This document shows, in pieces, positions 18,334 to 28,494 of a DNA stretch of 64,000 nucleotides. The DNA is from Acidobacteriota bacterium. GTDB lineage: Bacteria > Acidobacteriota > Terriglobia > 20CM-2-55-15. The DNA lies in NCBI GenBank assembly GCA_003223875.1, contig QHWY01000087.1, positions 4,267-68,266 on the forward strand. The letters run 5' to 3'. The translations under genes and the position numbers were made by a program. The notes under the pieces were generated by a model, which was given only the letters and a program-made list of their open reading frames with translations, made no database searches and was not told where the DNA came from. Numbering within the stretch: position 1 is the first letter of the stretch; every line of letters starts with the position of its first letter.

Positions 18334-19853
18334 TGCGCGCCGCGTGTATAGCCGGTCTTTCGACGTTTTTGCTATTTCAAACCTCTCCTGCCGGACGACT
18401 TCATTTCGAGGTTACCAACCGGGTTGCCCCAGCATCGGGTCGTCTTCTGGTCGTCGTTGCGAAATCGGAACGTCCCGAGCCGCGAAATACAATTGGTGAT
18501 GCGGGCCCAAACGCTTCAACAATGCTTGGCCGTGAGGTGAACAACCTTGGCGCGAATGCTGCTGCAACGATCGACAACACGGCGGCTGCATTTCCGATTC
18601 AGAATCTGGATGAACTTCGGGCCGGCGAATATTATGTCCAGGCGCTTCTCGCGTCGAACCGAGATCTCAAGTCTCCAAATGCACCGGGCAACCTTTATAG
18701 CGACACGCTGCGTGTTCATCTGGACCCTCGCTCCCGGAATACCGTAAGGCTCGAATTGACGAAATCGATTTCTAGCGAAGAACTACCGGCGGAGAACGAG
18801 TTCATCAAGTACATCAAAATCCAATCCGACCTTCTGTCGCGATTTCACGGCCGTCCGATCTACGTGAGAGCAGGAATCATTTTGCCGAAGGACTACGCTG
18901 TTGATGAAAATCGGCGTTATCCCCTCCGGATTCACATCGGCGGCTATGGTACTCGCTATACTGCCATCGAGCGTTCGATGGCCCCCGGTTCTGATTTTCG
19001 AAGGCTGTGGCTTTCCGGCGATACACCTCGCTTGATTTACGTCCAACTCGATGGCGCTGGTCCGTACGGCGATCCATACCAGGTGAATTCCGACAACAAC
19101 GGTCCGTATGGCGACGCGCTGACGAAAGAGTTGATTCCCTACATCGAAAAACGATTCCGTGCGATTCCAGAACCGCGCGCGCGTGTGCTCGATGGGGAGT
19201 CGACGGGCGGCTGGGTTTCCCTCGCTCTGAAGATCTTTTACCCCGAGTTTTTCAATGCCGTTTGGTCTTCCTGTCCCGACGGCGTAGATTTTCGCGGACT
19301 CCAGCTCATTAATGTTTATAGCCACCGGAATGCCTATTTCGACGATTACGGTTCAGAACGTCCGAGCAAGCGAAATATCGATGGCCGTGTCGAGTTTACG
19401 ATTCGTGACGAATGTCAGATGGAAAACGTTCTCGGCGAAGGCGATAGCTGGACGCTTTCAGGTCAGCAATGGGGTGCATGGAACGCCACATATGGTCCGC
19501 GAGGAGCAGATGGCCGTCCCGTCCCTTTGTGGCATTCCAAAACAGGTGTTATCAACAAATCAGCCATCGATCACTGGAAGCGATATGATCTTCGTCTTGT
19601 CCTTCAGCAAAACTGGGAGATCCTCGGCTCCGAGCTGCGCGGTAAATTCCATATCTCCGTAGGTGAGGCGGACAGCTATTATTTGAATAATGCTGTCCAC
19701 ATGCTGGACGAGTTCCTTAAGAACGCGGATCCTCCGGCTGACGCGCGAATTGCTTATGGCCGCGGCCGTGGCCATTGTTGGAATAGCCTTTCAGAGGCTG
19801 AGATGATGAAAGAAATGGCTCTCGCTGTTCAGGAAACGGGTAAAACGAAATGA
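18330..19853 (+). CDS. Secreted esterase-family alpha/beta hydrolase (putative esterase/enterochelin-esterase-like C-terminal domain)
   Basis: Signal peptide. The GESTGGW nucleophile elbow (GxSxG) sits in the C-terminal half. A 4-bp overlap with the upstream gene. Confidence 0.65.
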   Translation: MMRAACIAGLSTFLLFQTSPAGRLHFEVTNRVAPASGRLLVVVAKSERPEPRNTIGDAGPNASTMLGREVNNLGANAAATIDNTAAAFPIQNLDELRAGEYYVQALLASNRDLKSPNAPGNLYSDTLRVHLDPRSRNTVRLELTKSISSEELPAENEFIKYIKIQSDLLSRFHGRPIYVRAGIILPKDYAVDENRRYPLRIHIGGYGTRYTAIERSMAPGSDFRRLWLSGDTPRLIYVQLDGAGPYGDPYQVNSDNNGPYGDALTKELIPYIEKRFRAIPEPRARVLDGESTGGWVSLALKIFYPEFFNAVWSSCPDGVDFRGLQLINVYSHRNAYFDDYGSERPSKRNIDGRVEFTIRDECQMENVLGEGDSWTLSGQQWGAWNATYGPRGADGRPVPLWHSKTGVINKSAIDHWKRYDLRLVLQQNWEILGSELRGKFHISVGEADSYYLNNAVHMLDEFLKNADPPADARIAYGRGRGHCWNSLSEAEMMKEMALAVQETGKTK

Positions 19854-20242
19854 GTGCTAGAGCACTTCTCACATTGGCTGTGCTACCTGACCGGTATGCA
19901 ATCTGCCGTTTGGATCCAAAAACGCCTGTGCCCGAGTGGGCAATCGGAGATGACTTCGTGTCGATCTCGCGCACACGCGATGAGTTGTCGATCGTTTGTC
20001 CCGAACGCAACCTACCACAAGAGGCGTCCTGCTCGAGAGGGTGGCGAATCTTGAAATGTGAGGGCCCCCTCGATTACACGCTGACCGGTATCATAGCTTC
20101 TCTCGCTGAGCCGCTTGCGGATGCAGGCGTATCCATCTTTCCGCTCGCGACGCATGATACCGATTACGTCTTAATCAAAGAACCGCAGCTTGATCTCGCC
20201 ATTCAGGCGCTTACAGGTTACGGTCACGCCGTCCGTGTCTGA
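19850..20242 (+). CDS. ACT-domain-containing small protein
   Basis: A 130-aa protein with an ACT-like beta-alpha-beta-beta-alpha-beta pattern (LIKEPQLDLAIQAL). A 4-bp overlap with the esterase gene. Confidence 0.55.
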   Translation: MSARALLTLAVLPDRYAICRLDPKTPVPEWAIGDDFVSISRTRDELSIVCPERNLPQEASCSRGWRILKCEGPLDYTLTGIIASLAEPLADAGVSIFPLATHDTDYVLIKEPQLDLAIQALTGYGHAVRV

Positions 20243-20987
20243 ATTGCCGAAGGTCCCAAAACTTCCAAAACTTTATAGTGACCTTTCTTCCTGGTTCCAT
20301 CTGTTGTCTGACCCCGCCGATTATGCCGAAGAAGCAGAATTTGCCCGCGGATTGCTTGTCGACGCCTCAAGCACAGTGCCCGTGACGCTGCTCGAACTCG
20401 GCTCCGGTGGGGGAAACAATGCATCGCATTTGAAGGCACACTTCAAGATCATGCTTGTCGATCTATCTCAGGGAATGCTCGATTTGAGCCAGACGATTAA
20501 TGCTGACTGTGAGCACCTCCAGGGAGATATGAAAACCATTCGCTTAGGACGGATCTTCGATAGCGTCCTCATACATGATGCGATCATGTACATGACTTCC
20601 GAACAGGATCTCCGCCAAGCGATCGAAACCGCATTTGTCCATTGCAGGCCTGGCGGTGCCGCCCTGTTCATGCCGGATCTTATTCGCGAAACCTTTGTGT
20701 CGCTGACCACGCATGGCGGCCATGACAGCACTGCCGGTGACGGGCGCGCCATCCGGTACATCGAATGGACGTTCGATTCCGATCCAGCCGATACCACATA
20801 TACCGTCGATTTCGCTTACTTGCTTCGCGAGAAGAATGGGCCTGTGCGGGTCGTCCATGACACCCATGTGTTCGGGATTTTCCCTCGTGAATCGTGGCTG
20901 CGGCTATTTCAAGAAGCCGGATTTGAGCCACGCGCCATGGCAGATCCGTGGGGACGCGAAGTGTTTGTATGTAAGAAGCAAGAGTAA
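20190..20987 (+). CDS. Class I SAM-dependent methyltransferase
   Basis: Motif I LELGSGGGNNA and post-I MLVDLSQGML. The true start may be the TTG at 20244 just after the ACT gene stop. Confidence 0.75.
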   Translation: MISPFRRLQVTVTPSVSELPKVPKLPKLYSDLSSWFHLLSDPADYAEEAEFARGLLVDASSTVPVTLLELGSGGGNNASHLKAHFKIMLVDLSQGMLDLSQTINADCEHLQGDMKTIRLGRIFDSVLIHDAIMYMTSEQDLRQAIETAFVHCRPGGAALFMPDLIRETFVSLTTHGGHDSTAGDGRAIRYIEWTFDSDPADTTYTVDFAYLLREKNGPVRVVHDTHVFGIFPRESWLRLFQEAGFEPRAMADPWGREVFVCKKQE

Positions 20988-20999
20988 GTGGTGAAGCGC

Positions 21000-21199
21000 C
21001 ATTCCCCTCCTTGCATCACCGCAAGGGGTGGCTGCGTCATCAAAGAAATGCCGCGAAGCCACCGAAGCTGACGCAGCCGGGGTGGTTTTCGAATGAATCC
21101 AAGAGGAAAACCACCCCGGCTTCGCGATCAGCGGAGGCTTCGCAATATTTTCTTGATCGCTCGGCCACCCCTCCTTGCGGTGATGCAAGGAGGGGAATG
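21000..21199. repeat. 200-bp nested palindromic element (outer ~33-bp inverted repeats CATTCCCCTCCTTGCATCACCGCAAGGGGTGGC / GCCACCCCTCCTTGCGGTGATGCAAGGAGGGGAATG, inner perfect 15-bp stem GCCGGGGTGGTTTTC)
   Basis: Seen directly. It lies between convergent genes (MTase + and a hypothetical -), and the ORF-track 'ORFs' inside it are artefacts. Confidence 0.8.
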
Positions 21200-21228
21200 T
21201 CCGCTTGATTCCAATTTGTTCACATCTT

Positions 21229-22218
21229 CTATGCGGGCCCACGGTAATACGAGGTGTACGTTTCCCTATAGTTCCCACCGGAAGCGGAAATCACTTTGAA
21301 CGCTGTTCCGAGGCGGTAGCTCGCCTCCAGCACAAGTTCATCAGTACTATCTCCATCGAGATCGAGCGAGGCGACAAAATAGGCGACATATTGCTCGTCA
21401 GAGACGGATGGCTTGTTGATGTAAAGCGGCTCGAGTCGACCCGATTGTTCGAGAAAAATTCCCCAGGGATGGGTACCCATCGTTGTATCGGGATGGCTAT
21501 AGTTGAGAAGCCACAATTTGGCGACACGGCCTCGAACCAGCGCCTCGATTGACGTGCCATAGATGAATCGTTGTTGGGGTGAGGAATTCTTGTCATCAAG
21601 CAATTCTTTCGCGGCTTCATAACCGGCGGGTAGAGTCGCCGGATCTTCGACAGGCAACAGGTTCTCCCATTTCGTTTCAAAGAGCTTTGTTCTGAGGTGC
21701 TTTGTTTTCACATTGCCCGCAATGCCGAAGATCAAATTTCCAGAGAAAGGTTCCTTCCTGACGCCGAGAAACGGATCGCTCGGCATCGAAGCCATTGAAA
21801 CCAGATGATAGCCGCCCTCGGTCGATGTCATCTGTGTTCCCATGAAAATACCAATGCCTTGAAAACTTTTGGCCGTCGACTTTCCCTCGAGGTCCAGGAT
21901 TGTCCATTGCCGAGGATTGACCAACTGCCGAGTGTCGACGTTCACCTTCATGAAGGGAAGCAATGCCAGACCGAAACTCAACACAGGTCGAGGCAGAAGG
22001 CGCTCTGCTTCGCGAACAGCGGCTTTGAAGTCATTATCGGGATTCAACTCGGGTGTTTCCAGTATCGTGACATTGCCCATATTGAATCCGATCCGCCATT
22101 GGGACTGCCGTGGCTCGGGCGTGAAAGGAACGGCTGTTGGCGATGGCGCGTCGTCGGTCTGAGCGCTTGCTCGAATGACCAGCGTGACGAAACAAAGGAT
22201 TGCAATCGAGAATCTCAT
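21229..22218 (-). CDS. Hypothetical secreted protein
   Basis: A 329-aa protein with the signal peptide MRFSIAILCFVTLVIRASAQ. Confidence 0.55.
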   Translation of the reverse strand: MRFSIAILCFVTLVIRASAQTDDAPSPTAVPFTPEPRQSQWRIGFNMGNVTILETPELNPDNDFKAAVREAERLLPRPVLSFGLALLPFMKVNVDTRQLVNPRQWTILDLEGKSTAKSFQGIGIFMGTQMTSTEGGYHLVSMASMPSDPFLGVRKEPFSGNLIFGIAGNVKTKHLRTKLFETKWENLLPVEDPATLPAGYEAAKELLDDKNSSPQQRFIYGTSIEALVRGRVAKLWLLNYSHPDTTMGTHPWGIFLEQSGRLEPLYINKPSVSDEQYVAYFVASLDLDGDSTDELVLEASYRLGTAFKVISASGGNYRETYTSYYRGPA

Positions 22219-22685
22219 TGAGAGTCCGCTGAATCGTTGACAATCAAAGTGTATGGCCCCGTGGTGCTGCGCTGACCGGAAATCTGAATGTAGTAAATGG
22301 TGTTCGCTTGTGCAAGGAGGCTATCGTCGGCGGCTAACTTTTCATCGATGAGCTTCTTTGTCGTGTCGTATATGTCCAGAGCTGGAATTAACGTACCCGA
22401 GTCATTGCGAACGTGAATTTGAACGCGACCGCCGGATCCGGAACGGAACCGGTAATAATCGGCATCGCTTCCGTCCACAATTCGTCCTTGAACCGGTTTG
22501 TTGATTTCGAGCGGTCTTGCACTGGAGAAGTCACGCCGCGGTTGATCGAACGTGAAACTGTTCGAATCCGGTGTTGTCGGTATAGTCCACATCACCCCGC
22601 CGATCAGCAGCAGCGCTGCTCCAGCCGCAGCGATCAAACGAATATCGATCGTTCGAATGCCGACAAACCAGTTCTTCGCAGCCAT
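22215..22685 (-). CDS. Hypothetical membrane-anchored protein
   Basis: A 156-aa protein with an N-terminal transmembrane segment. A 4-bp overlap with the downstream gene. Confidence 0.5.
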   Translation of the reverse strand: MAAKNWFVGIRTIDIRLIAAAGAALLLIGGVMWTIPTTPDSNSFTFDQPRRDFSSARPLEINKPVQGRIVDGSDADYYRFRSGSGGRVQIHVRNDSGTLIPALDIYDTTKKLIDEKLAADDSLLAQANTIYYIQISGQRSTTGPYTLIVNDSADSQ

Positions 22686-22688
22686 GGA

Positions 22689-24368
22689 TCATTTCTTCAG
22701 AGATTTTTCAATCTTTGCCCATGTGTCACGCAGTGTGACCGTGCGGTTGAACACGAGAGCACCCGGCTTGGAATCCGGATCGACGCAAAAATACCCGATA
22801 CGTTCGAATTGGAAACGGTCGCCCGGCTTTGCAGCTTTCAAGCTGGGCTCAACTTGACAGGAGCGGACCAGCTCGAGCGAATTCGGGTTGATTGGTGAAT
22901 CGTTATCCGGCCGCTCCTCATTGAAGAGCCGATCGTACAAACGCGCTTCTGCCGGAAGCGCGTGCGCGGCTGAAACCCAGTGCAACGTTGCCTTCGGCGA
23001 ACGGCCATCCGGCGAATCGCCGCCGCGAGTTGCCGGATCGTACATGCATCGCAATTCGACAACTTTGCCCGCGGCGTCCTTGATGGCTTCCTTGCATGTA
23101 ATGAAGTAAGCGTATCGCAGCCGCACCTCTCGTCCGGGCGCCAGCCTGAAGAATTGTTTCGGCGGGTTTTCGCGGAAGTCGTCCTGCTCTACATAGAGAA
23201 TGCGGTTGAACGGTACCTTGCGAGTTCCCGCACTGGCATCCTCCGGATTGTTGATCGCATCGAGTTCCTCGCCCTGCCCTTCCGGATAGTTTTCGATCAC
23301 GACGCGCAGTGGCCGTAAAACAGCCATTACGCGCTGCGAGCGTCTGTTCAGGTCATCTCGAATCGCGTGTTCGAGTTGCGCAACATCGACGATCGCATCT
23401 CGTTTGGCCACGCCGATCGACTCACAGAAACTCCGGATAGCTTCGGGTGTATATCCGCGCCGGCGCAGTCCGCTCAATGTCGGCATTCGCGGATCGTCCC
23501 AGCCATTCACCGTGCCTTCTGTCACCAGGGTCAGCAACTTCCGCTTGCTGAGCACCGTATAGCTCAGATTTAATCGCGCAAACTCAATCTGGACGGGACG
23601 TGACGGAACCGGCAGCTTTTCCAGGCACCAGTCGTAAAGAGGACGATGGTCCTCGAATTCGAGCGTGCAAAGCGAGTGCGTGATGTTTTCGAGCGCGTCG
23701 GAGATCGGGTGGGCATAGTCATACATGGGGTAAATGACCCATTTCGATCCCTGACGGTAATGCGGCACATTCATGATGCGGAAGATCACAGGATCGCGCA
23801 TGTTGATATTCGGCGAAGCCATGTCGATCTTCGCCCGCAATACGTGCGTTCCGTCTTCGAACCCTCCAGCACGCATCCGCTCAAATAGATTGAGATTCTC
23901 TTCGACCGATCGATTCCGGTAGGGGCTATTCTTTCCGGGCTCCGTCAATGTTCCACGGTATTCGCGAATTTCGTCGGCATTCAAACTGTCGACGTAGGCA
24001 TTCCCGTCTTTGATGAGCTGCACGGCGTATTCGTACAACTTCCCGAAATAGTCGGAAGCGTAGTACATTCGATCATCCCAGTCGAAACCAAGCCAGCGCA
24101 CGTCGCGCTGAATCGATTCTTCATACTCGACGGTTTCTTTACTGGGATTTGTATCATCGAACCGAAGATTGCAAAGGCCTTTGAATTCCGCTGCAACGCC
24201 AAAGTTCAGACAGATCGATTTCGCATGACCAATATGCAAATAGCCGTTGGGTTCTGGAGGAAATCGCGTGTGTACACGTCCGCCGTTCTTCTTTACTTTG
24301 ACATCTTCGGCGACACGCTCTCGAATAAAGTCAACAGAAGCCGTGAATTCTAAATCAGGCATTTTCAT
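22689..24368 (-). CDS. glnS: Glutamine--tRNA ligase
   Basis: [19 protein letters not shown] (HIGH) and VLSKRK (KMSKS) motifs. The N-terminal region is GlnRS-type. Confidence 0.93.
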   Translation of the reverse strand: MKMPDLEFTASVDFIRERVAEDVKVKKNGGRVHTRFPPEPNGYLHIGHAKSICLNFGVAAEFKGLCNLRFDDTNPSKETVEYEESIQRDVRWLGFDWDDRMYYASDYFGKLYEYAVQLIKDGNAYVDSLNADEIREYRGTLTEPGKNSPYRNRSVEENLNLFERMRAGGFEDGTHVLRAKIDMASPNINMRDPVIFRIMNVPHYRQGSKWVIYPMYDYAHPISDALENITHSLCTLEFEDHRPLYDWCLEKLPVPSRPVQIEFARLNLSYTVLSKRKLLTLVTEGTVNGWDDPRMPTLSGLRRRGYTPEAIRSFCESIGVAKRDAIVDVAQLEHAIRDDLNRRSQRVMAVLRPLRVVIENYPEGQGEELDAINNPEDASAGTRKVPFNRILYVEQDDFRENPPKQFFRLAPGREVRLRYAYFITCKEAIKDAAGKVVELRCMYDPATRGGDSPDGRSPKATLHWVSAAHALPAEARLYDRLFNEERPDNDSPINPNSLELVRSCQVEPSLKAAKPGDRFQFERIGYFCVDPDSKPGALVFNRTVTLRDTWAKIEKSLKK

Positions 24369-24387
24369 GGTGACAAAAAACTACAGT

Positions 24388-25314
24388 TTAGCACACCGGC
24401 GGGAGATCGATATTGCCGCCAGTAATGATAGCCACGATTGGTTCAACGCTATGGACTTTACCGGTGGTGACCGCGGCGAACGCCGCAGCCGCGGAACCTT
24501 CTGCGACCAGCTTTTCGCGATTCAACAGGGTGTATATCGCCGTTTTGATCTCGTCCTCGGAGACGAGCACGACGTCATCCACGTATTTCTGAATGAGGGG
24601 AAACGTCATTGTCTGAAGATCGATGTTGCCTGCGATTCCATCGGCAATGGACGAGTGGTCCGCAACCGTGATCATGCGGCCGGCCTCGAGGGAGTGGTAC
24701 ATTGCCGCTGAAACCTCTGCTTGGACACCGACCACGCGGACTCGCGGCCTAAGTTGTTTCACGACGGCTGCGACACCCGCCGCCAGACCGCCGCCGCCAA
24801 TCGGCACTACGATGGTGGATACGCCTGAAAGCTGTTCTAAAATTTCGAAGCCCAACGTTCCTTGACCAAGGATCACGAAGTGGTCGTTGTAGGGAGAGGC
24901 AAATACATAATCGTTCGTACGTTTCGCTAACTGCAGAGTCCAGGCCTCGGCCTCATCGTAGTTGGTGCCTTCAATTCGGAATTCGGCCCCATTTCTTCGG
25001 ATCGCTTCGATCTTCGTCCGCGGGGTGTTGGCCGGCACCACGACCACGCAAGGTATTTTGAAAATCGCCGCCGCGTGGGCGATTGCCAGTCCGTGATTCC
25101 CAGCCGATACTGTAAGCACCGTTTTTGTGTTGCCCGTCTGAAGGAGCTCCAAAATGTAGGCATAAGCACCACGGACTTTGAACGAATGCGTGTACTGAAG
25201 GTTCTCCAATTTCAGGAATAGATTCGGGAGTTCGCTTGGAACGATAGGAGTTAACCGGATGTGCGGCTGAATGCGAGCGCGGATGTGCCGGAAGTCGCTG
25301 AGCGTCATTCGCAT
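24388..25314 (-). CDS. PLP-dependent threonine/serine dehydratase-family enzyme (fold type II, no regulatory domain)
   Basis: The SFKVRGA PLP-lysine motif and a glycine-rich loop (GGGGL). A 10-bp overlap with the cobA stop. Confidence 0.8.
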   Translation of the reverse strand: MRMTLSDFRHIRARIQPHIRLTPIVPSELPNLFLKLENLQYTHSFKVRGAYAYILELLQTGNTKTVLTVSAGNHGLAIAHAAAIFKIPCVVVVPANTPRTKIEAIRRNGAEFRIEGTNYDEAEAWTLQLAKRTNDYVFASPYNDHFVILGQGTLGFEILEQLSGVSTIVVPIGGGGLAAGVAAVVKQLRPRVRVVGVQAEVSAAMYHSLEAGRMITVADHSSIADGIAGNIDLQTMTFPLIQKYVDDVVLVSEDEIKTAIYTLLNREKLVAEGSAAAAFAAVTTGKVHSVEPIVAIITGGNIDLPPVC

Positions 25315-26075
25315 TCAATTTTTTCGGCGAGTTCCATCCATTGAATAGTGTTTCTGAGCGAAACGACCTCACCAATAACGATAATTGCAGGTGGCTTGAG
25401 CCCCTCGCTCTCCTTCTCAATACTCGCGAGAGTTCCAGTGCGGCAATCCTGAATCAAATAAGTTCCCCGCGAAATCAGGGCTACAGGAGTCGTAGCGTCA
25501 CATCCGTTGGACAGAAGCTGCGCAACAATTGGGCCAAGCCGCGATAATCCCATGAGGACGATGACTGTTCCGCCCGCCTTTACCAGCGCCGACGCGGCGA
25601 GCCACTGGGTCGAGCGGAGATCGTGTGACCGGCTTCCGGCAATCACCATAAATGAATGCGCGTGATCCCGATGCGTTACGGGGATGCCGGCATAGGCAGG
25701 GACAGCGATGGCACTCGACACACCGGGAACGATCTCAAAAGGAATTCCGGCTTGCGCCAACGCGCAAGCTTCCTCGGCTCCTCGACCAAAGACAAAAGGA
25801 TCGCCGCCTTTTAAGCGGCAGACATTCTTGCCTTGCCGGGCCTTTTCGATCATCAACCACTCAATGTGTTGTTGTTGGAGTGTCTCTTCGCCGGGTTGTT
25901 TGCCGACGTTCAGGATTTCCGCATCCGGGCGAGCCTCTTCGAGTAGATGTAAATCAATTAGACGATCATGCATCACCACGTCGGCTTCTCGGAGACACGT
26001 CAGGCCGCGGACTGTGATGAGGTCGGGATTTCCTGGTCCCGCGCCGACGATGAAGACAGTTCCCAACGCTTTCAT
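25305..26075 (-). CDS. cobA: Uroporphyrinogen-III C-methyltransferase (SUMT)
   Basis: The VGAGPGNPDLITVRGLTCLREADVVMHDRL signature. Confidence 0.9.
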   Translation of the reverse strand: MKALGTVFIVGAGPGNPDLITVRGLTCLREADVVMHDRLIDLHLLEEARPDAEILNVGKQPGEETLQQQHIEWLMIEKARQGKNVCRLKGGDPFVFGRGAEEACALAQAGIPFEIVPGVSSAIAVPAYAGIPVTHRDHAHSFMVIAGSRSHDLRSTQWLAASALVKAGGTVIVLMGLSRLGPIVAQLLSNGCDATTPVALISRGTYLIQDCRTGTLASIEKESEGLKPPAIIVIGEVVSLRNTIQWMELAEKIECE

Positions 26076-26722
26076 GGTGTCCTTTGTCCGTATACAGAGT
26101 CTTCGACAAGTTCCCGCAGGCGCCGTTCCGCACCTGCAAGGTCATTCGCCTTTAGCAAAGCCATAATATCCGAATTCAGAATTCGATAATGAAGCTGCTT
26201 GCGGTCCTGTTCGTCTCGGACGCGGCGGCGAATTTCGGATCGCGCCCGCGATAAAAGTTCGGCGAAGCGCTCGTATTCCGGGCCGACAATCTTCGATATT
26301 TTTTCCCGTAACCGCGAAGCCAGGGCCGGACTCGTTCCGCTGGTCGAAATGGCAATACCGATGTCACCGCGCTGGACAACCGCCGGCATGATGAAACTGC
26401 AAAGCGCGGCTTGATCGGCGGTATTGATAAATATCCCGAGTGCAATCGCCTCCCGATAAACATTGCGGCTCACTTCGGGATCATCCGTTGCCGAAAAAAC
26501 GAGCACCGCACCCGTGCAATCGCCGCGAACGTATTGACGTTTGCGCAATTCAATCCGCTTCTGGTCACCGAGCGCACCAAGATAAGGAGTCACTTCAGGG
26601 CTGATCACGATTACAGACGCACCTGTATCTAACAACGATGCCGCCTTTCGCTGGGCGACTTCACCGCCGCCGATAACGACCACGCGTTTGCCTCTTAAAT
26701 CGAGGTATACCGGATAAAACAC
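26072..26722 (-). CDS. sirC: Precorrin-2 dehydrogenase / sirohydrochlorin ferrochelatase (siroheme synthase N-terminal-type, SirC/Met8-like)
   Basis: LRGKRVVVIGGGEVAQRKAASLL Rossmann motif in a 216-aa protein. It overlaps cobA. Confidence 0.8.
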   Translation of the reverse strand: MFYPVYLDLRGKRVVVIGGGEVAQRKAASLLDTGASVIVISPEVTPYLGALGDQKRIELRKRQYVRGDCTGAVLVFSATDDPEVSRNVYREAIALGIFINTADQAALCSFIMPAVVQRGDIGIAISTSGTSPALASRLREKISKIVGPEYERFAELLSRARSEIRRRVRDEQDRKQLHYRILNSDIMALLKANDLAGAERRLRELVEDSVYGQRTP

Positions 26723-26724
26723 GT

Positions 26725-27540
26725 TTACTTCTTCGAAAAATAATCCGCCACTGCCTGAGCCAGTACTCCCATCTTCGACTGATTCGGCACGATCTTCGGC
26801 GTTAAACCTTGTTCTCCAAGGGCGCGGCTGGTGACCTCTCCTATAGATGCAACAACAACCTTGTTTCTTAACTGGTTTGCCAACGTTTCGGCACGGCCAA
26901 GTTGTTGAGCGAAATCAAACAACATCCGAACCTGAGGCGCGCTTGTAAACGCAACCACTTGGATCTCTCCATTCAGAATTCTAGTGATCAATGCGTCGAC
27001 GGCACCCGAATCGGCAGCGGCGCCATAAGCGTACACCTGTACAGGCGTAACGTTGGCGCCTTTGGCTTCGAGCGCAGAGGCTAGCTGCGGATTCCGTGTG
27101 CCGTAAAGTTGAACACCGACCCGCCGGCCCGCGAGGTCTCGAGTTCGCAGCGCCTCAATGACACCTTCAGTCGTTGGATTTTCGGGGATCACATCCACGT
27201 GAACGCCGAATTGTCGCAAAGCCGCGACCGGCTTGGGTCCGCGAACAACGATCGTCATTTTATTGAGTGCTTCCAGAAATTCATTCTTTAGACCGGCAGA
27301 TTCGGCAGCGGAAACGAGGAACCGCGCTCCAACTCCTGTCAGAAAAATCATGGCGTCGAAGGTTCCTGCGGCAAGTTGGCGAACAAATTCCTCGAGCTCT
27401 TCTCGATTTTCGACAGGTTTTTCTTCGAGCAGCGGGCATGCATAGACTTTGGCGCCGAATCGCTCGAACAATGTCGAGAGTTCCTTTGTGAAGCGATGCT
27501 CCAGGATGGCGATCGTGAGTTGTTCAAGCGGCTGCGCCAT
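26725..27540 (-). CDS. hemD: Uroporphyrinogen-III synthase
   Basis: A 271-aa protein with the HemD-like two-lobed pattern. It is upstream of sirC and cobA. Confidence 0.65.
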   Translation of the reverse strand: MAQPLEQLTIAILEHRFTKELSTLFERFGAKVYACPLLEEKPVENREELEEFVRQLAAGTFDAMIFLTGVGARFLVSAAESAGLKNEFLEALNKMTIVVRGPKPVAALRQFGVHVDVIPENPTTEGVIEALRTRDLAGRRVGVQLYGTRNPQLASALEAKGANVTPVQVYAYGAAADSGAVDALITRILNGEIQVVAFTSAPQVRMLFDFAQQLGRAETLANQLRNKVVVASIGEVTSRALGEQGLTPKIVPNQSKMGVLAQAVADYFSKK

Positions 27541-27600
27541 AAGCCGAGTTTATCAAAAACCCTGGACGCGGCATGCCGACCAGCGGTGTATGATGCACGC

Positions 27601-28446
27601 ATGCCTTCCGAGTACGATGCTGCCTACCAGGGAACAAGGGGCGCGAACAGCGAAGATGCGGCGATCGATTTGCTTTCCAAGGGCGCCAAGCTTCTCCCGC
27701 GAGACACGCTGGAGGATGTTTTCGCCGCGGTGGCGCGCGGAGAAGCACGCTATGGTATCGTGCCCATCGAGAATACACTGGCTGGATCGATCCACCGCTG
27801 CTACGACCTTTTGTTTGAACATGACCTGAAGATCGTCGGCGAGACTGTGAGGCACATTCTATTTGCGCTAATTGCCCCTCCGGGTGTGGCATTGAGCTCG
27901 GTCCGGAAAGCGCTGTCACATCCTGTGGCTCTCGCCCAATGCGAGCAGTTCTTCAGGAAACATCCGCTCATCCAGGCTGTGCCGGTTTATGACACGGCAG
28001 GCGCGGTGGAACACGTGATCCGCGAAGGGTCCGGCGATTCCGCTGCGGTTGCCACTCGCCGTGCCGCCGAAGTGTATGGCGGTGTCATTTTGGCGGAATC
28101 GATTCATGATCACTCGGAAAATTACACACGATTCCTGCTCATCACGGCGTCGAAATCTCCCGACCCGGCAAAATCGGCGGTGGATCCGTACAAAACGACG
28201 ATCGTCTTCAGTGTGGGAAACGTTCCCGGGGCACTCTATCACTCGCTCCGGCCTTTTGCCGAGCGACGCATCGACCTGGCGAAGATCGAGAGCCGCCCGC
28301 TCCGGGGCTCGCCATTCGAATACCTCTTCTATTTGGATCTGATCGGACGTGCCGAGACGGCACCAGTGTCGGACGCTCTCAACGAACTCCGCGCCCAAGC
28401 GAAATCGGTACGCGTTTTGGGGACATATCCGTGCTACCGGGGTTAG
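27601..28446 (+). CDS. pheA: Prephenate dehydratase
   Basis: PDT domain plus a C-terminal ACT (ESIHDHSENYTRFLLI). The start was taken at the ATG at 27601, because the ORF-track start overlaps hemD. Confidence 0.85.
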   Translation: MPSEYDAAYQGTRGANSEDAAIDLLSKGAKLLPRDTLEDVFAAVARGEARYGIVPIENTLAGSIHRCYDLLFEHDLKIVGETVRHILFALIAPPGVALSSVRKALSHPVALAQCEQFFRKHPLIQAVPVYDTAGAVEHVIREGSGDSAAVATRRAAEVYGGVILAESIHDHSENYTRFLLITASKSPDPAKSAVDPYKTTIVFSVGNVPGALYHSLRPFAERRIDLAKIESRPLRGSPFEYLFYLDLIGRAETAPVSDALNELRAQAKSVRVLGTYPCYRG

Positions 28447-28494
28447 CGGCGGCGTACCGACCTGGCATTCGTGAACAAATTGGGTGCGCGACTC

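Noticed and set aside
20904-21278. ORFs 20904-21278(-) and 21011-21208(+) inside the 200-bp nested palindrome
   Set aside because: They read symmetrically through inverted repeats (mirror-image peptides), which is typical of palindrome artefacts.
24247-24711. 154-aa ORF on the plus strand overlapping the threonine-dehydratase-like gene
   Set aside because: It lies entirely inside a well-supported PLP-enzyme gene on the opposite strand and has no family resemblance.
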